A stretch of DNA of 64,000 nt from assembly GCF_006345805.1 (NCBI RefSeq), contig NC_043006.1, positions 3,224,001-3,288,000 on the forward strand, written 5' to 3'. Both the position numbers and the translations under genes were made by a program. How positions within the stretch are numbered: the first letter of the stretch is position 1; each line of letters begins with the position of its first letter. This DNA comes from Octopus sinensis (lineage: Eukaryota). The notes under the pieces are model-generated. The model was not told the origin of the DNA, did not search any database, and saw nothing but the letters and a program-made list of their open reading frames with translations. This document shows, one piece after another, positions 1 through 11,407 of the stretch.

Positions 1-759
1 TAGTGACCTTCAGGCCTGACCATGTTGCTATCTTCTAAATACTGGGATCATTTCAATTTATATTTCACTGCCGTTGGTGTTGTTTCCAGTTGGATGCTCG
101 GAAACGAGTTGAACACTTATCAATACTCATACATTTAGTGTGTTCCCCTCCACCACAAAAGGCCAATTTCTCTCACCATGGCGAATACACCTGTCGTCGG
201 CAGCGGCGGCTTTATCTCGTATCCAAGAATTTAGTTTCTTCTTTGCTGAATGCTTCCTTTTTGGTGATGGTATTGATGACTCTGTAGACCAATTCTTGCA
301 TAGAAGAGACGGTGGCATTGACTGTATGTCAATGTCGGTGGAAGACGAGGTTGATTTTGTCGAGCCTTTCTCACCTGTCATTTGATTTCTTCCTTTTCTC
401 TTTTGGTGGCTTCGAAGTTGTTTGTTGTGATGGTGATGGAACACTGCCACTTGGTACAGTCTTGGACTCGTGTTTCAACCGATTTAGGCTCAATTCCAGA
501 TGCTTTCGGTGTTACTTTCAGTTGGCCCTTGTATCTTCGAAGAGAGCAATCCCGTGATTTTTTCCCAAATTATCAAAAATGATGTAAACATTTGTTAACG
601 ACCTATTTTGCGAAAATATTGATTCCAGTTTCCTCGTTAGCGATCGCTAGTAGGACATCGGTGGTGATGTATTCTACAGTGAATTTGCACACATATGATA
701 TTCGACAGTGGCCCTTTAAAAGCTAAGTCTTTGCACTTGATAAAAGCAAATAATTTGGC

Positions 760-1030
760 CATGTCTGACACGAGAATATCTTAGCTAAGTTGCTCGTCTG
801 TGGTCTCTTTGCGTTTCATAATTTATTGGGTAGGAATCTTCCTATCAGATCGTATTATGGTAGCGCACACCGGTGGAACACTTTCTCACCAAAAATCCAT
901 GAACTCTGGTCTTAGCCAAGGTTCAGTTATATTCTCAGCACTCTTCTTTTTCTACAGTAATGCCCTGAATGATACCAAAATAAACTCTGTCTCACATGTA
1001 GATGATAAGAATGAGGCAATACTTCTGGCC
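760..1030 (+). mobile_element. Decayed CR1/L2/Jockey-like LINE reverse transcriptase fragment
   Basis: WVGIFLSDRIMVAHTGGTLSHQKSMNSGLSQGSVIFSALF matches the WI..FL..R...V.......GVPQGSVLSP.LF motif of APE-type LINE RTs. Confidence 0.7.
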
Positions 1031-1783
1031 TTCAGATGGGCTTTACCTAACTCTCTCTATTCTAATGCTTTTACAAACAATTTCTGCACCTCAGAACGAA
1101 ATAATTGCTCACAATTTATATCTAGACCCATCTATCTCTCCTCCTATTGTCAATCATACAGTGTGTCAAGTATAGACCCTGCGTAAACCGCCCTGTCTAA
1201 TCTTTCCTCTAGAGAACATCAAGCTTCTGGAATTCCGTTCTTACTCATTTATTGATTGTGCTGAACGTTAACCGTAGCAAACTCACCAGTTTCGAATGGC
1301 CTGTGAATGTTATCGACACGAGATCTTTTTCATGATAAATTTTACATTGTCTATTGACCACAAAATAACAATTCAAAATAACAATAGACCATTTATTAGC
1401 ATTCTGTAAAGGTTTCGGATCCCGGATCTGTCCAGAGTAGGTATCTAAACCCATTGACTTATAAACATCTTAATCATTGAGTTGTATGCTGTTATCTTAA
1501 CATAGTACTGTTTTAATCATTTTATCAAGGACTAGATCTGTCACTTGCAGTGATTCATTGTTGGAAATTGTCAAAATTAGTTTGGTACGGTTAATTGGTG
1601 AGAAGGTTAGTTGGAAAAGCACTTCAATTTTCTCCAAATTGATTCATAAACAAGATATCTAGCATTTCGGACCCACAAACTAATCACGTATCGCTTAAAA
1701 CCGTTATAATCATGAACTATGTTCATATAATCATCTACTTTTTAAGTAAATGACTATATGAGCCCCTAGGGTTTGAAATTGTT

Positions 1784-1976
1784 TTATAGTTTTCCTTCGT
1801 CATCACTGGACTAGCCTAAAATTGCAGCCATAAACGAAATCTCTTTAACATCTTTAAAAGTTAAAGAACTTATTGGCGAGTGCGGTCCAGGATGCACACC
1901 ACTGGAAAAAGAGATAAAATGGTCAAGGGTCGAATGCTTTTGTTTATTGATCTCTTTAATCACAGCTGAACTGGGG
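1784..1976 (-). pseudogene. Candidate terminal exon (paralog of 11239-11407) with an in-frame TAG at 1811-1813
   Basis: Acceptor ttactatttag|C; PSSAVIKEINKQ...FMAAILG*SSDDEGKL*; aligns to the 11239-11407 copy with frame-preserving indels. Confidence 0.45.
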
Positions 1977-2004
1977 CTAAATAGTAACATTAATGACGGC
2001 AAAA

Positions 2005-2106
2005 ACAATAGCAACAGTAGCAGCAGCAACAGCAGCAGCAACTACAACCACCACCACCACTACCGCCACCACCACTACCGCCGCCGCCGCCGCCGCCACC
2101 ACCACC

Positions 2107-2158
<52 letters not shown>

Positions 2159-2172
2159 TTACTACTACTACA
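2005..2172. repeat. Compound trinucleotide microsatellite (CAG/CAC/CGC/TAC)
   Basis: Directly visible. Confidence 0.95.
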
Positions 2173-2429
2173 ACGTTAAATGATGTCAGAAGCCAGTTTT
2201 CCTTTTTACCTTTAAAATATGCTAAAGAGGATTTATGCTAAGGTATAGCTTGATATGATACCCTCTAAGGAGAGTCAATTCATTGCGGAGCATCGACCAG
2301 ATGCTTCATTATGGAAACGTCTTCTTATTTCTCTAACAGAATAATCCAGAAACATTCCATCAACAGATCTCATTATGTCTGCAAACCTTGTCATCATGTT
2401 CCAGTTTTGTTTCCTCCATATCTACCTCT

Positions 2430-2720
2430 TAACATTGGGAGATCGCAGCTCCAGTACTACAGACATGTGATCAGAAGATCGCTGGAAAGAACTGCATTGC
2501 CAAGACAGATTCTTTAAGCCAAGCCACCCGGCAGGAAACCCAGGGGTGGACTGAGAGCAAAATGGTTGGATAATATTTTCAGTCTCAGTTACTCACGTTT
2601 GGGATTCCTGCCTGAAACTGTAATGACGGTTGCTTTTGATAAGACCCTTTAGAGAAGGAATCTCAAGACTCTACCTCCAAGATTCTCCAAGGAATAGTGG
2701 GTGGAGAAGAGGGATGGGCA
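2430..2720 (+). mobile_element. RTE-clade LINE 3' fragment
   Basis: RSQLQYYRHVIRR...LPRQIL*AKPPGRKPRGGLRAKWLDN matches the RTE C-terminal L.W.GHV.R...G.RPRGRP..RW.D motif. Confidence 0.7.
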
Positions 2721-3211
2721 ATTCTACCCTTTTTTCTGTCGTCAATTTGTACATAACGTGGGATACGATTGCTCTGGGTATTGGTCTATTATTATACGTT
2801 TCAAAAGTAAAAAAAAAATGGAGTAGCTGTTAGTAACACAAACGCAGTGGTCAGTGGAACTATACAGTCCTATCCATTTTTCGAAATGCCAGTAGCTCTT
2901 GAAATATCTGTAGAACTGTCAATGCATTTGATGTTGGTATTTGATCTCAGTTGCATGATTTATAGAGGAAGAGAAATGAATAAAATTTGTATCCTATCCT
3001 TGAAAAACGATTCCCAGTTATTGTGAGAAACAGCAGTTCCATATACTATCTTCTGTCTATTCTCACCAACAAGGTCGATGGAATCACTTTAGAAACAACC
3101 TGTACGCGTCTTCTCTCATCTTCACAAAAAAAATGTCAGCCTTGAATTAGAACTTACGAGAAATTAGACCCTATTAATTCAGCCGTTTCATTTCTACAAT
3201 TCCGGTTGAGC

Positions 3212-3544
3212 CAGGGGTTCTCAACCATTGTCCACATGGACCCTGAGGGTCCATATAAGATTTTTGGGAGTTTAGGGATGCAAAACAATAAATTGGGGGT
3301 CCAGGTAATTATTCACGGACCATGAAAACACTGTGCTTCAGACAAGTAAAACTTGTGTACAATAAATTGGTTACACGTCCAGAATACAAAATATGTCTTA
3401 GCAATTACTTTTAAACAATTCCTAATGATATTTATATAATAAAAATACAATAGGATTCTAAACATCGAGATGGCTATGGGGGGAACACCTAAGAAAAATA
3501 GGAATCAAAGGGATCCATGGGCAAAAAATGGTTGAATATTCCTG
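3212..3544. mobile_element. hAT/Charlie-like MITE
   Basis: Termini caggggttctcaacc ... ggttgaatattcctg; related copies at 20180-20430 and 43471-43730. Confidence 0.7.
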
Positions 3545-3631
3545 AGTTAAGTGATTAGTTAAAATCATATCGGTTGTGCAACATTAATGTCAAAATCAAT
3601 ACTATTTTGATCGATTAGTCATATATATTTA

Positions 3632-3980
3632 TCTTACTTTTTTCAGTCGGGAACTGCCTTCAGGATCTTTAGTCAGACAAATTGATTCAAATAGTAATTT
3701 TTAAAGCCTTGTACTCATTCTCTCAACCTCTTTTGCCGAACCGCTAGGTAATGGGGTACGTAAACACATCTATGCTGGTTGTCTAGTGGTGGCGGTGACA
3801 AACATATATACAAAGATACGCACAGAGATATATACATATATTTACAACGAGCTTCCCTCAGTTTCCGTTTACCAAATCTACTCAAGAGTTTGGTCGGCCC
3901 AAGGTTAGAGTAGATGATACTTGCCCAAGATGGCAGGAAGTTGGTCTAAACTTGGAACCATGCGGTTTGGAAGCATACTT
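3632..3980 (-). mobile_element. tRNA-derived SINE family A, decayed
   Basis: Reverse-complement similarity to 5188-5593. Confidence 0.75.
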
Positions 3981-4019
3981 ATATATATATGTGTGTGTGT
4001 GTGCGTGTGTGAGTGTGTG

Positions 4020-4089
<70 letters not shown>

Positions 4090-4586
4090 TATGTTTATAC
4101 ATACTTATATACATACACACACACGTATACACACACACAGTGAAAGATATGAATGACAACACTTAACTTGAAGGAATCGTGAAAGTTAAAAAAGTGTGGG
4201 TAAAACCATTCCGTCAGACGCGTTATAAAGATTGCTTTTTCATATTAATACTGTTTCTGTTGCTAATAATAATATTTTAACAAGCTTGCTGGCTATTTTC
4301 GTCATCAGTGCTTGGAAAGCCACTGGAGTTCTATATATCGTTGGTAGTGAGATTTAGCTGGTGTGCGGCCATCGGATGGCTGTCACGAATGAGACGCAGT
4401 ATGTTAAAATCACGTGATCTGACTTTTCTTGCGCCCGTAGCAGACGATTCTCGTCTCTAAACGATATAAACATGTGTGCGTTTCTGCACCATGCGTCTAT
4501 ATGAGAAATCCTTCGGTTCTAATACAACTTCCGTTCCTTATAACCTTATATGTATATATGTATATATGTATATATGTATATATATA

Positions 4587-4655
<69 letters not shown>

Positions 4656-4678
4656 TACATATATACATATATGTACGT

Positions 4679-5060
4679 ACCTCTGTTTGTTTGATTCCCC
4701 GTATTGTATTCTCTTTTTATTTCTCGTCTTGTGTTTTATTGTGCAGTTTTATTGTTACATCCTGTTTGTGTTCTTACCCGTTTTACCCCGCTGCTTGGAA
4801 TTTTATTTTAATTCTCTCGCAGGAAGGCCTATTTGACGATGTGTCCTGTCGTGCCTTCGAAACACGCTTGAGTTAACTAGCGACAGCTGATGACGGTGGA
4901 TTTTTCCTTGTGTAGCATGTCCTGTACTTGTTTTCTTGTAAAAATTTTTGTTTTTCCCGTTTCTACGTCTTGTTGTGGCGTCCTGTACTTACGTATATTT
5001 ATTTATATATGCATGTATATATACATGTAGATGTATGTACGTACATATATGTTTGTATGT
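4679..5060 (+). mobile_element. (TA)n-inserted non-coding element (PLE pLTR-like), copy A
   Basis: Colinear with the reverse complement of 32305-32720; shared gtcctgtac and tacatgtaga...gtacgtacatatatg 3' motifs; flanked by (TA)n. Confidence 0.65.
4788..4896 (+). ncRNA. Putative hammerhead ribozyme of non-standard pseudoknotted topology, copy A
   Basis: Stem III tgtgt(4840-44)/acacg(4862-66); C17=4845; stem I ctgtcgt(4846-52)/gcgacag(4880-86); stem II gaaggc(4823-28)/gccttc(4853-58); GAAA 4859-62; CUGAUGA 4887-93. Confidence 0.7.
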
Positions 5061-5156
5061 ATGCATATATTTTTATTTATTACATTATTGTCTGACAGCG
5101 CCTCGCGTCAGGTTCGTTTCGATTTGTCGGTTCGTTCCACTTCTTGTCTCCATTTA

Positions 5157-5187
<31 letters not shown>

Positions 5188-5190
<3 letters not shown>

Positions 5191-5593
5191 GTAGGAGCGG
5201 CTGTGTGATATAAGTAGCTTGCTTACCAACCACATGGTTCCGGGTTCAGTCCCACTGCGTGGCACCTTGGGCAGGTGTCTTCTACTATAGCCTCGGGCCG
5301 ACTAAAGCCTTGTGAGTGGATTTGGTAGACGGAAACTGAAAGAAGCCCGTCGTATATATGTATATATATGTGTGTGTATATGTTTGTGTGTCTGTGATTG
5401 TCCACGCAACATCGCTTGACAGCCGATGCTGGTGTGTTTACGTCCCAGTAACTTAGCGGTTCGGCAAAAGAGACCGATAGAATAAGTACTAGACTTACAA
5501 AGAATAAGTCCTGGGGTCGATTTGTTCGACTAAAGGTGGTGCTCCAGCATGGCCACAGTCAAATGACTGAAACAAGTAAAATAGTAAGAGAGT
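5188..5593 (+). mobile_element. tRNA-derived SINE family A, near full length
   Basis: tRNA-like head (ggctgtgtg..taag; gggttcagtccc B box), internal (TA/TG)n tract, tail gactgaaacaagtaaaa; many copies in the window. Confidence 0.9.
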
Positions 5594-6100
5594 ATATATA
5601 TATATATGTATATATATATAATGTGGGTGTACATACATACACATATGTAGATACTCACACATTCATGCATGTATATCTCACAGGTCGTGTAATTTTAGTA
5701 TTTTAACTTTAACAAAAGAGAAAATAGAATGTCGCAAAACCGTCTGACCTCAACGCTTTTTGTTTTAACATTGGAAGATTCTCAGAACTCTGGAACATAC
5801 TCTCCCAAAGGCCAAGTATCCTGAAAGAAAATGCATTGTGAGCTTCACTTATATCTCTGTTGGAATATCATCCATTCAATAAAATTTCTACTATTGGCGT
5901 TGTTAATACTAGTGAGGAAAAGGTCTTTCTCTGGAATCAAGCAGTGTTTTAGCATTAATCATAGATTGAGTATTAAGTGTTTGCTGAAGTGTTCTGTTTG
6001 TCTGCTTCTTGCAAGTTCTACTTAAAATAATAATGTCTTACTGTTAACTGAGCAAAGTGAGTCAAATATATTTGTATGACTGCTTTTGTTTTGTTTTCAG

Positions 6101-6204
6101 AGTGTTTAAGGAATCCCGAACATTTTGAAGATATAACAAGAGATTGTAAATTAACCGTCCGATTTTTGAGCTCAAACAGGACACAGAATCGCGTCAGCTG
6201 TTAG
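6101..6204 (+). CDS. Possible short terminal exon (CLRNPEHFEDITRDCKLTVRFLSSNRTQNRVSC*)
   Basis: Strong acceptor ttttgttttgttttcag|; the other two frames stop within 10 codons; no homology recognised. Confidence 0.2.
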
Positions 6205-6380
6205 TCAACGTTATTGAAATCGACGGATCTTCACGAAACAGGATCTAAAAGTCGGAAAAGTAGGATTATTTGAACCACTTGATTTCTGTCGAACCACATT
6301 GACGTAACATCACCTTGAAAAACGCGTGGATTGTATGGGACTGACAACTGAGTTTTATATAGTACCTAAAAAACAGCTTT

Positions 6381-6421
<41 letters not shown>

Positions 6422-6488
6422 TTTGATTAATCTACTACAAGATTATTCATCTTTCTATTTCACATAATATATATATATATATTATATA

Positions 6489-6536
<48 letters not shown>

Positions 6537-6553
6537 ATATGTATGTATGTATG

Positions 6554-6587
<34 letters not shown>

Positions 6588-6878
6588 TATATAAAACATA
6601 CATACATATATATATATATATTTGTATATATATATTTAAAATTTATAAGTTTAAATTATTTTAATAATTTTTTAATTTTTAACTTTTATATTTTTAAATT
6701 AATTTTATGTATTGGCTTTTGTTTTTCACTGTTTGGTTAGCCTAATACTGGTTTTATCTCTAATTTAATATAATATATATATATTATATATATATATATT
6801 ATATATATATATTATATATATATATATATATAATATATATATATTATATGTATGTATTTATGTATATATATATATATA

Positions 6879-6978
6879 TAAGTAATACTAAGCAATAAGG
6901 GTTTAGCAACGAGTTGCCTTACCACATGGTATGTGGTAAGGCAACTCGTTGCTAACCCTTATTGCTTAGTATTACTTA
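6879..6978. repeat. Near-perfect ~48-bp-arm inverted repeat within (TA)n
   Basis: aagtaatactaagcaataagggg...ccacat-ggt-atgtgg...cttattgcttagtattactt. Confidence 0.95.
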
Positions 6979-7087
6979 AATTTTCCTCGAATGAGGCTTT
7001 TACATGCCGAAGACTACTTGTGTAATTGATAATTTTTCCAAATTAATTAATTTCACCCTTCATTATTACGGATAACTATATATATAT

Positions 7088-7147
<60 letters not shown>

Positions 7148-7155
7148 TATATGTA

Positions 7156-7188
<33 letters not shown>

Positions 7189-7926
7189 ATATATATGTAT
7201 GTATATATATGCACACACAGACAGTGAAATACTGTTAAACCGACCTAAGAGATAGTGGTGGTGATGGAAAGATGGTGTCTGCTTTAGTAGATTGTCCAGA
7301 TTAAACGACAGTACTAGTAAGTACTTCATATAGAGATGCTATTTAAATATGATAAACATTAAAAGAATTCTTTTCTGGAACGCTGGATCTCGAAGCACAT
7401 AAAGCTATAAATAATACTGTGTAGATATTTTGAATACAAAAAGGTCGACATTTGTTCGTGGAACTGGAACCCACATCTCTTGTGGATATGATAAGTATTC
7501 CACCATTGGATCAAAGGAATCCCAAAATTTACATGCTATTTTTCGTAGTTTTATGTGCTTGAAGAATCATTTTTGCAAAAGAAGAATTATTTCACGTTCT
7601 CTCGTAAGTTTATAAAATTTTTATGACACCAACACTAAACAAAATTACTGTTAATATCATGTAACGATGTAAAACATCACCCATTTAATAATTTACAATA
7701 TATTTTTATTCACAGCCACAGAGTAAGAGAGGAACCGAGACGATAAATGAAGAGAAAGTGAAAGGCGGTCGGAGATGTTTTATACCTATATCTATCTGTC
7801 TATCTATCTATACATACATACATACATACATACATACATACATACATACATACATACATACATAGATGCATACATACATACATGCATACATACATACATA
7901 CATACATGCATACATACATACATACA

Positions 7927-7962
<36 letters not shown>

Positions 7963-8204
7963 CATATATATACATATATATATATGTAGGAAAAAAGCAA
8001 CAAGAATGGATTTAATCCATTTTTGTTGCTTTTTTCCTATTTGTAATCACCCCACTTGTCGTATGGTTAACACCATATAGATTTGCGGTGCATCCTAGTT
8101 AAGGACCATATTCATGTGAATTCATTAGAATTCACTTGAATCTCAATTACTTAAACCTATATATGTATATATATATATGTATATATATATGTATATAAAT
8201 ATGT

Positions 8205-8265
<61 letters not shown>

Positions 8266-8269
<4 letters not shown>

Positions 8270-9274
8270 GGTATGTAGAAAAATACAACATGGACAAGAA
8301 CGTATAACTCCTAGAAGACGACACAACAAACACGGACAGGACACTCGAAACCCCCAGTCTTCAGTCAAGAACCGGATCATCGTAGCAACTTCGGCTGATC
8401 AATCTTGAGACTACTAGATCACGGCCAGCCCTCCAAGAAAAACTAAGCAACGAGCATTAGAAAAACTAAGCTGGAAGCGTAGATTTCCTGGAAGAAGGAT
8501 CGAATGCATACGAACACCAGGACAGCAAAAGGGACAGATATAAAAAAAACAAAAAACAATAATGGAATACAGAAACATGAAATACAGAAGCATTAACGGT
8601 GAAAACAACAAGTGTCTTACGACTGATAACAAGCAAACAAATTTTTCTCTGGCGCATTGGAAGAAGCTTTATAGCGGCGGACGAAAAACAACGATGTTAA
8701 CACGACGAGGGTCAGGAGCTGAAAGGCAGATTCGGCCAACAGTCACGTGACACAGAAGAGGGAAAAGAAAAGAAAGAGAAGCAAAGGAAGAGTGAGAGAG
8801 AGGAGGGACAAACGCAACAAAGAGAGAGAAGAGAGAGAAAGAAGGAATCAGAGAGGAGAAGGATGGGTGTCGAAGAATGACCTGTGAGTGCAGAGCGAGA
8901 CAAAGAAATAGGAGGGTAGTGGAAGACTAGACCAAAGAATCAGAGGAAAGAGAAGAGAAAAAGAGGATGAGTAGAGAGAAAAGAGAGAGAGGGGACAGAT
9001 CAAGTAAAAATGAGAGAGAGAGAGAGACAAACAGAGAGTCGTACCAATTATTAAGAATATGTGCTCACATTAATGATAAGGGGGGTACGGGGCGCCTGGA
9101 ATATATGTTAAGGTATGTAGAAAAATACAACATGGACAAGAACGTATAACTCCTAGAAGACGACACAACAAACACGGACAGGACACTCGAAACCCCCAGT
9201 CTTCAGTCAAGAACCGGATCATCGTAGCAACTTCGGCTGATCAATCTTGAGACTACTAGATCACGGCCAGCCCT

Positions 9275-9277
<3 letters not shown>
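8266..9277 (-). mobile_element. Non-autonomous element with 170-bp terminal direct repeats (partial tandem pLTR-like), inserted in (TA)n
   Basis: 8266-8435 matches 9108-9277 (period 842 bp); no ORF; (TA)n on both sides. Confidence 0.85.
8351..8477 (-). ncRNA. Putative hammerhead ribozyme of non-standard topology, copy D (core repeated at 9193-9272)
   Basis: Minus strand: stem II ggctg/cagcc; stem III tagtagt/gttgcta (A15.1->G); GUC triplet (C17=8409); stem I tcaaga/tcttga; CUGAAGA; closing helix cttccag/ctggggg. Confidence 0.6.
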
Positions 9278-9319
<42 letters not shown>

Positions 9320-9326
9320 ATGTATG

Positions 9327-9386
<60 letters not shown>

Positions 9387-9521
9387 CGTATTTATATTGC
9401 ATATGTATATGTACATGTATATTTATATACTATTGTGTCTGGGGAGAGTCATTCTCTTTTAGTGCCTTATTATTAACACACTCACCGATAAAATTTCCAC
9501 TTATTTCTTATTTTTTATTTT

Positions 9522-9558
9522 CTAAAATTTTCGTTGCGTCTTGCAACCTTTTCAATAG
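9522..9558 (-). ncRNA. Minimal hammerhead-like motif, U3:A8 core
   Basis: cta-UUGAAAA-g-gttgc(aagac)gcaac-GAAA-attt-tag. Confidence 0.45.
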
Positions 9559-9734
9559 TCCTGGCTTCAACACACGAACTCATATAAAGAATCTTGCAAA
9601 CCAAATCCAAAAACGAAATATATTTATATATATAGTCAAGGGAAACTAAAGAATTTTGATGACCGAAGTGAACCGAAGTGGGAGACTTTGCAGTGGCTGG
9701 AATAAGATATTTGGATTAAAATGAGACTTCCAAT

Positions 9735-9882
9735 TTCTTATTTCTTTATTGCCAACAAGGGGCTAAACATATAGGGGGGACAAACAAGGAGAGACAAAGG
9801 GGTTAAGTCGATTATATCGACCCCAACGCGTGAGTGGTACTTAATTTATCGACCCCGAAAGGATGAATGGCAAAGTCGTCCC
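9735..9882 (-). mobile_element. SINE family B, 3' part
   Basis: Matches 50963-51197. Confidence 0.85.
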
Positions 9883-10014
9883 AATTTCTGTCGTAAATTT
9901 TGGTAAAATAATTTATTTTCGCTTCGTTCCGCATTTTACATACAAAAGGCTGAGTGAGGATGGAGAGCACTGAAAACAATGTATACTATATGTTGATTGT
10001 AAATTATATTAAAG

Positions 10015-10329
10015 ACTCCGCCGGTTACGACGACGAGGGTCCCAGCTGATACGATCAACGGAACAGCTTGCTCGTGAAATTAACGTGCAAATGGCTGAGC
10101 ATTCCACAGACACGTGTACCCTTAACGTAGTTCTCGGGGATAATCAGCGTGACACAGAGAGTGACAAGGCTGACCCTTTGAAATACAAGTACAACTCATT
10201 TTTGCCAGCTGAGTGGCCTGGAGCAACGTGAAATAAAGTGTCTTGCTCAAGGACACAACGCGTCGCCGGGAATCGAACTCACAACCTTACGATCATGAGC
10301 CGAATGCCCTAACCTTTAAGCCACGCGCC
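10015..10329 (-). mobile_element. tRNA-derived SINE family D
   Basis: Minus-strand head ggcgcgtggctt...gagttcgattcccgg, then gtgtccttgagcaagacactt; matches 58647-58955. Confidence 0.85.
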
Positions 10330-10408
10330 CTCACTGTAAATTATATAAATTCATATACACATGCAGGAACACATAAGCACACACGTGAACTCACACACAT
10401 ACACAATT

Positions 10409-10462
<54 letters not shown>

Positions 10463-10859
10463 GCAATTATAATTTTTGATTGTCTGCCCGAATACGCTAT
10501 CAATCAATCTATACTAAATACGTTGTAAGTCGTTTTAGTAAAAATAGCTTAATATATAATTTCATATACAATGTATGTATATACACACGTACATATGTAT
10601 ATGTGTTTGTGTGTGAGTGTATTATGGGAACAACAATACTTTCAAAAGGGAATGATGTACACAAGTTCACCCGCACTTTGAGGTGTTCCAAACAGAAAAA
10701 TACATTAAGTTTCTTGTAATACGCAAAACTTGAACAAAATAGTGTAAACACCTTGTTAAATGGACATCTTAGTATTTAATACAGCGTTGTTCCATCTTTG
10801 GTATGAATCACAGACTTAAAATGTCGAGGAATTGACTCGTGTTAGTCTTAAACGGTTGT

Positions 10860-11135
10860 TAGGGCAATTTTGAACCATAGTTCAAGTAAAATCTACTTTG
10901 ACGATGGCTAGCAGAGGGAAACAGCTTCTCACTTGATGCCCCCCAAAGCCCTATAAATGTTAGATTACATTGAGATCCTGCGATTGAGGGACGTTATCCA
11001 AATCCAAATGGTCAACTTCACATTTGTACCCCTCGTACCAATTCTGAAACAGCTCGCCACCGTCCTGGAAGATTGCGCTACAACCAAGGAACAATGTCTG
11101 TACCATAGGATAGATAGGATCCATCAAACTACTCA
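10860..11135 (+). pseudogene. Disabled duplicate of the 11603-11902 block
   Basis: Alignable over ~270 bp; acceptor deleted; in-frame TGA. Confidence 0.5.
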
Positions 11136-11170
11136 TTATGATTCTACGCAGATGGTCTGTGTTCATATAG

Positions 11171-11228
11171 TATCTAAGGCTCATACAGTCATCCGCTTTT
11201 AAGTAGATGACTATATGAGCCTTAGATA
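11171..11228 (-). other. 58-nt near-perfect hairpin just downstream of a candidate stop codon
   Basis: tatctaaggctcata-c-agtcatc...gatgact-a-tatgagccttagata; shorter paralog at 1721-1763. Confidence 0.8.
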
Positions 11229-11238
11229 TAAGATTATT

Positions 11239-11407
11239 TTATGGTTTTTCTTCTTCATCACTCGACTCGCTTAAAATTGCTGCCATAAAAGTAGAACTCA
11301 TTGGCAAGTGTAGTCCTAGATACACAGCACTGGAAAAAGAAAAGATGGAATTATCAAGGGGCAAATACGTTTGTTTGTTGGTCTCTTCAAATACAGCTGA
11401 ACTGGGT
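11239..11407 (-). CDS. Candidate terminal coding exon PSSAVFEETNKQ...FMAAILSESSDEEEKP*
   Basis: Acceptor ctgttctttag|A; same phase as paralog 1784-1976; length difference of 24 nt. Confidence 0.45.

Noticed and set aside
1-600. Several overlapping 65-107 aa ORFs
   Set aside because: No recognisable domain; there is a faint resemblance to a decayed LINE N-terminal region, but too weak to call.
4280-4315. Minus-strand CUGAUGA-C-GAAA
   Set aside because: No room for stem II and no convincing stems I or III.
4812-4823. ctctcgcag|g (and ttttcgcag|g in copy B) as a retained-intron splice acceptor
   Set aside because: Explained equally well as the 3' strand of the conserved auxiliary hairpin; absent at the equivalent position in copies C and D.
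5188-5270. tRNA-like sequences here and at 13949, 51197 and 59205
   Set aside because: They are SINE heads with A/B boxes and do not form complete cloverleafs.
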